IMG/VR virus record: IMGVR_UViG_3300022670_000401
Location: 1 to 38,871 of that record
Source: a virus
Lineage: Duplodnaviria; Caudoviricetes
Strand: one strand, 5' to 3'
DNA: 38,871 nt
Position 1 is the stretch's first letter. Each line of letters begins with the position of its first letter. Below, one piece after another: positions 34,254 to 38,871 of the stretch. The translations under genes and the position numbers were made by a program. The notes beneath the pieces were generated by a model. The model was not told where the DNA came from. It saw only the letters and a program-made list of their open reading frames with translations, and made no database searches.

Positions 34254-36389
34254 TTACTGCGCTTGTGGTGATAGCTTCTGAAGGTTATCAATCTGCTGGC
34301 CTACGTTCTGGGTCGTTAATCCCTGCGTCTCAGCCTGCGTCTTGATTGTGTTGGCATCCGTGTTTCTGATGTCAGAGATAGCTTTGGCCTGGTCAACATT
34401 ACCCTTCTGGCCGGCTAATCTTGCCTTCTCTTGCAACTCCATAAACTTAATCTCTTGTGCCTGCGCTTCAAGCTTCAACTTACCTTGCTTAAGCAGTAGC
34501 TCTGCCTCCTGCACTTGCGCCTTCTTCATTTCAGCCTGGGCGAATACCATGTTTGAATCTGGCTGCTTAGGCTGTTGCGCCGCCTGCTCAGCCTTCTCTT
34601 TCTCCTCGTCGGTCATTTGCTCTGGGGGAATCATTCCGGCCTGCAGCATCTGCAATCGCTTTCTCTCTGCTATCTGGTCAACTAATGGCGCATCGATAGC
34701 CTTAAGCATAATGTCGCCGCCCTGCTGCACTACAGACGGGTCAATGGCCGCATACTCAAGTAACGCATTCAATCCAGCTTCTAGCTTGTTGGCAAAGGCT
34801 GGGCCTGCATCACAAACCACCTTGTACTTGCCGGCATTCAAGTTGTTTTTCTTGATTAGCTTCTCAGACTGTTGATCGTAAATCTCCTCATTAAGTATAA
34901 CCAGATCCTCTGTGCCATCCATGCCAGTAATAGAAAACTCTCGCTTGGTGTCATATACAACTGGAATAGTTTCAACCAGAACCTCACAAGTCCGGCGGAT
35001 ACCATTGATCAAGGCATTCACCCACTTGCGGGTAGCGGCGGTGCCTCGGTCAATCTGCATTTTAACTGTGTCCTCTGACATACGGCCTGCAAAATCACCC
35101 TGCATAGCACTGAACACGCCGGCCTGCTCTTTAATGTCTGCCGCCATCTGATTGCCCAGAAGACTCAAGGCCGGGTTAACCTGGGCTGTCTGTGAATAGT
35201 AAGGGGCTACCGCTTCACCATCATACGTATAGAACTGCACAGGGTCAGCACTGATATTCATTCGAGCTATCTGGTTTTCATGGCCTTTAGCTTGCTTCTT
35301 AGTCATCCACCACTTAGAGCGAGGAGCAAGGGCTCCCTCTTCAATCTCACGGCTCTTGGCGTAGTTGTGAACCCGTTGAGCATCCATTTCCTTTAGCACT
35401 ATACCGCTATAGGTGATCTTTGAGTTCTGGCCTAAGTGCTCATAGTTGCCATACACAGTAATAACAGGATTGGATTTGAATACTGTCTCTGTCTCATCTT
35501 GAAGAATGCCGCCGCCGTCAAATATGGCATAACACCAGTTAAAGTCTTGAATGGTCTTGGTCTTGACTTCAGTGATACCACTTAGGGCCAGCTCGTCTTT
35601 GATCTTTTTATAATCATCATTGACCTCATGCACTTCCCCATTGCTCATCTGGGCTACTTCAATCTTCTTCTCCTTTCGGTAGTAGCGCTCAGCAATGGTT
35701 ATAACTTCAGGCTGATAGTTATCAAAGTTATCATCCTCGTCATAGTCATCAACGCTAACGCCTGAGCCTTCTGGCCACTTCTCTTTATACGCTGTCGGTG
35801 ACATTGAGCTAAGCACATAGGCCACTTCTGAATCTGAGCTGTCAGCCTTTGTCGATGTGTTATCTGTCCACACCCGGTTAATAGCGTTGGTGATTGGCTC
35901 AATAAATAGATCCTGCTCAAAGCTCCAGGCGTCAGCGTACTTTGCTTTAATGATCCAGGCATCGAAGCCACGGCGCATTAATCGGCGGCAAGCATCACGA
36001 AATATGGAATCTGAACGGGACATATTCTGAATGGTTCGAATCATACCTTCATAAGTCAGAGCCAGGTCTTTATCTGCACCACTACCGGAAGGCTTAACAT
36101 TGCACCCAAAATCCATGTCTTCTATATCGGCCATCATTGACTCGATGACAGGCGTTACCTTGTCGAACGTATAGCGGGGGCGCTTCTGACTATCTAGCTG
36201 GCGTCGAATGTTATCTTCCCACTGCCCATCCTTCTCCAGCAAGAATCGGTCAGCATCGCGGGCATTCTCTCTTTGGTCTAAATCGGACTGCTGGAACTCC
36301 TGCAGTTCCTTGATCCAATCTCTGTATAGATCACTGTTCCGGTCTTCTTTCGTGCTCCGGCTTTTCTTTTTGCCGCTGTATTTAGCCAT
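34254..36389 (-). CDS. Portal protein (P22 gp1-like, with C-terminal barrel)
   Basis: 711 aa; GQW...RP..TFDK; Q/E/K-rich helical C-terminus; follows the terminase. Confidence 0.95.
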   Translation of the reverse strand: MAKYSGKKKSRSTKEDRNSDLYRDWIKELQEFQQSDLDQRENARDADRFLLEKDGQWEDNIRRQLDSQKRPRYTFDKVTPVIESMMADIEDMDFGCNVKPSGSGADKDLALTYEGMIRTIQNMSRSDSIFRDACRRLMRRGFDAWIIKAKYADAWSFEQDLFIEPITNAINRVWTDNTSTKADSSDSEVAYVLSSMSPTAYKEKWPEGSGVSVDDYDEDDNFDNYQPEVITIAERYYRKEKKIEVAQMSNGEVHEVNDDYKKIKDELALSGITEVKTKTIQDFNWCYAIFDGGGILQDETETVFKSNPVITVYGNYEHLGQNSKITYSGIVLKEMDAQRVHNYAKSREIEEGALAPRSKWWMTKKQAKGHENQIARMNISADPVQFYTYDGEAVAPYYSQTAQVNPALSLLGNQMAADIKEQAGVFSAMQGDFAGRMSEDTVKMQIDRGTAATRKWVNALINGIRRTCEVLVETIPVVYDTKREFSITGMDGTEDLVILNEEIYDQQSEKLIKKNNLNAGKYKVVCDAGPAFANKLEAGLNALLEYAAIDPSVVQQGGDIMLKAIDAPLVDQIAERKRLQMLQAGMIPPEQMTDEEKEKAEQAAQQPKQPDSNMVFAQAEMKKAQVQEAELLLKQGKLKLEAQAQEIKFMELQEKARLAGQKGNVDQAKAISDIRNTDANTIKTQAETQGLTTQNVGQQIDNLQKLSPQAQ

Positions 36390-36398
36390 TGCTTGTAC

Positions 36399-38093
36399 CT
36401 AGAATATGGATTGAAAGTTGATTTCTTCAGTGTTTATTAGGTTAATTATACTTGCTTTATCAAAAGATAGCACCGCAGCGTCAAACAGGTTTGGCGATGG
36501 TATTACGAGTCGACTACCGTCTGGAAGGGAAATTCCCCTTCTAAGCTCTTCCTTGGTATAAAACTTAACTGTATCACCTGGCTTAATAGGGGTCTTGCAG
36601 GCCTCTGCCTTCATCTTCTCCATCATCTGAGGACTGATACCGACCTTTGTTTCTGGGTCGTATGCCTCAAAGCTAATCAGTGTGTCAGGGTCATGATATT
36701 TTCCCTCTACTACAGCCTCGTATGTTCTGAATATCCGCTCTGCTATCCCGATGATATTTTGGGCTTTCTTGTTATGCAGTACATCTTTGTTAAGCAATAT
36801 TTCCTTTCTGTTTGTTAGGCCAGCAGTCTCACTTTTGAATTCACCCTTTGGGTCATGTATCTCGCTTGAACCCTTGTAGGCGTATATATTCACATTCTTA
36901 CCGCTAAACGCCCCATCAACATTATCCCTTAGTGTTGCACCCAAGCCGTCAGCATCATATCCGAACGAGTCACAACCATGTGATATGGCAACCTTGCACG
37001 CCTCGTCCATCTTACGGTTACCGTTTTCACCCTCAATCTCTCTGATGTCGAAAAATATAACTCCCTGCCTAGATACAAACCCGCATGGATCGCTTCCGGT
37101 GTCAGACGGATCGCAGGCTGATGTAACAGCGCCTCTACGCTCAAAGCCCTTCTTTTTATGAGCATCGATACATGCGTTGAACCAATCCTCTTGAATAACG
37201 GAGCTGGCTATATCGTCGTTAAACTTGCCGAGCCAAATACCATCGAATCGTGCCTTTGTCATAATTCCTCGCTTAACCTTTGATTGATCTTTCTCCAGCT
37301 CCTTTCGCAATGAGTCATCGTGCATAAACCAGGGGTTATCCTTATACGTCAACTTAACAATGAGGTGATAATCATCCTCATAAAATCCATCTCTATCAAG
37401 TTCTGCCTGATAGGGGATTATAAATTCTTTGCTCATTGGGTCTTGTGAGCTTCCGGTATTCCATAAATACCATAACTCGGCGCCCGGCGTATCTCGAAGT
37501 GTTGGCCCCAAAATATCTATGGTTTCCTGCTTTGTTCTTTCTGATTCCTCCATCAATAGGAATTTATAATCAGAAGCCCCTTTCATATCAATAATATTTT
37601 TCATGCCACCAAAGGTAAACTTTCCCCTGTTTGCGTTTCTAATTTCCCATTTTGACGGAACAGATAGAAATCCGCCAAGACCGCTTCTTCGTATGTTTGT
37701 TTCAATGCCGGCATATATCGATTCTTTAAGTGAGGTCATACGCTCACGAAGCACATACACCCGACTACCGCATGAATGAACATCGCTCATCATCGCGTTT
37801 TGGGCAAATCGGGTTTTCATTCCGCCTCGGCCACCGAATAGGTTTTTGTATTTCTTGTGCTTGAGTATGAAGGGCTCTAATTTTGGCACCAACAGAACAG
37901 TTGGCTCTTCGTCTGTTGCATGCATATCACCGATGGTACCCTTCCAGCGCCTTATGATGTTTGGAACCAACTCCCCGTCAACCTTGTCTACTCTATCAAT
38001 AATGCCGTATACGGTAGGCTCAAGTGATCCACTTACTGACTTCAGCATGGGCTCGAGTATATCGAGCTTCTTCATTAATGCAGCGCTAGACAT
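36399..38093 (-). CDS. terL: Terminase large subunit
   Basis: Walker A GGRGGMKT; Walker B LLMEE; nuclease motifs DPSD, YDADGLG and SPNLFDA. Confidence 0.95.
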   Translation of the reverse strand: MSSAALMKKLDILEPMLKSVSGSLEPTVYGIIDRVDKVDGELVPNIIRRWKGTIGDMHATDEEPTVLLVPKLEPFILKHKKYKNLFGGRGGMKTRFAQNAMMSDVHSCGSRVYVLRERMTSLKESIYAGIETNIRRSGLGGFLSVPSKWEIRNANRGKFTFGGMKNIIDMKGASDYKFLLMEESERTKQETIDILGPTLRDTPGAELWYLWNTGSSQDPMSKEFIIPYQAELDRDGFYEDDYHLIVKLTYKDNPWFMHDDSLRKELEKDQSKVKRGIMTKARFDGIWLGKFNDDIASSVIQEDWFNACIDAHKKKGFERRGAVTSACDPSDTGSDPCGFVSRQGVIFFDIREIEGENGNRKMDEACKVAISHGCDSFGYDADGLGATLRDNVDGAFSGKNVNIYAYKGSSEIHDPKGEFKSETAGLTNRKEILLNKDVLHNKKAQNIIGIAERIFRTYEAVVEGKYHDPDTLISFEAYDPETKVGISPQMMEKMKAEACKTPIKPGDTVKFYTKEELRRGISLPDGSRLVIPSPNLFDAAVLSFDKASIINLINTEEINFQSIF

Positions 38094-38541
38094 TGGCTAA
38101 TTTCTCAAGCGCATCAATCCTGTCTTTTAGATCGGTACTTTCTTCGATAACAACTGAGTCCTTGATAATGCCGATAACGATCTGACCAACATCTGCAGGT
38201 AATGCACCAGATGATATAGCCTCAACTACTGCCAGGGCTTTGGTTGTTGGCGTGCCATCTGCAGGAAAATTGAACTGAACCTTTTCAAGTGTAGGCTTTA
38301 GCCCTGGGTAGGCCTTTGATAGAAATTCTTTGAGTATGATGTGTGATGCAGGATCAGTAGCATCGAATGCCCTTTTGGCAGCGTGCCCTATGAATGCCTT
38401 TTGAACGGCATCGTCTTTAGCGTTAGATGGCAGATCAAGTAAGGCCTCTTTGCGAATAGCCTCAAAAAGTACGGTCTTGAATGACTTACCCCGGCCCCGT
38501 AGGTTGTCGCCCTTTTTTAGTGTTGTTGAGCTTTTCGGCAC
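38086..38541 (-). CDS. Terminase small subunit (probable)
   Basis: Overlaps the terL start; basic N-terminus; DLKDRIDALE C-terminus. Confidence 0.75.
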   Translation of the reverse strand: MPKSSTTLKKGDNLRGRGKSFKTVLFEAIRKEALLDLPSNAKDDAVQKAFIGHAAKRAFDATDPASHIILKEFLSKAYPGLKPTLEKVQFNFPADGTPTTKALAVVEAISSGALPADVGQIVIGIIKDSVVIEESTDLKDRIDALEKLANV

Positions 38542-38583
38542 AAATAACCCTTATTCTTGCCTTATTTAGCCAAATACTATCAC

Positions 38584-38609
38584 AAAAAAGGCCGCAATGA
38601 ATGCAGCCT
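38584..38609 (-). terminator. Terminator upstream of the packaging genes
   Basis: AGGCTGCA-TTCAT-TGCGGCCT then TTTTT on the minus strand. Confidence 0.75.
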
Positions 38610-38727
38610 ATTGTTTATGATATTTTCCCTACCCTAATAATTGATTGACAGAACTTGAGGCAATCCACATTGCAACGGCAAACCCCACCAACCCACCAAG
38701 GATGAAATTAGCCATTCCCTTTACCCC

Positions 38728-38871
38728 TTATTATGCACCCCTTTATTAGAGGTGCCTTGGTGTTGTTGTAACCATGAATCTTGGGCGCTCAACAAGCATT
38801 TTTATTTCGCCCAAATGCCTGATTAATTGCTTTCTACAAGGATCGTCAATAAAAACTCTTTCGGCCATAGC
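38728..38871. repeat. Terminal direct repeat, copy 2
   Basis: Identical to 1-144. Confidence 0.97.

Noticed and set aside
17419-38100. Numerous + strand ORFs within the structural module
   Set aside because: They are antisense shadows of long, well-supported minus-strand genes
1-38871. Stop-codon reassignment, DGR, CRISPR array, tRNA genes
   Set aside because: Core genes are full length in the standard code and end in TAA, TAG or TGA; I noticed no reverse transcriptase, TR/VR pair, spaced repeats or tRNA cloverleaf by eye (tRNAscan was not run)

Overview
The window is an apparently complete, circularly permuted phage genome. Its unit length is about 38,727 bp, because bases 1-144 are repeated exactly at 38728-38871. 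The virion module is P22-like (podovirus) on the minus strand: small and large terminase, portal, scaffold, coat, gp4/gp10/gp26-like tail hub and needle, three ejection proteins, and a tailspike with a P22-type head-binding domain. The early region holds Rad52/Sak-like, Gp157 and SSB recombination genes, NinG, a DNA methyltransferase, NADAR, a DUF2829 (Tad2-like) protein, an M15 endolysin and many small ORFs. I can recognise no integrase, CI repressor, Q antiterminator, replication initiator, helicase, primase or polymerase. Three things stand out. (1) Where lambdoid/P22 phages keep their replication genes, there is a near-consensus sigma70 promoter followed by a ~470-nt ORF-poor, heavily structured RNA (about 10370-10840); it is a candidate RNA-based replicon or new large ncRNA. 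(2) A stand-alone ~190-nt minus-strand sRNA (about 8324-8517) displays roughly eight anti-Shine-Dalgarno motifs, some perfectly complementary to the phage's own ribosome-binding sites. (3) A self-promoted cassette between portal and scaffold begins with a gene that carries a copy of the portal N-terminus, a possible decoy. All family assignments come from motif recognition by eye; no searches were run.
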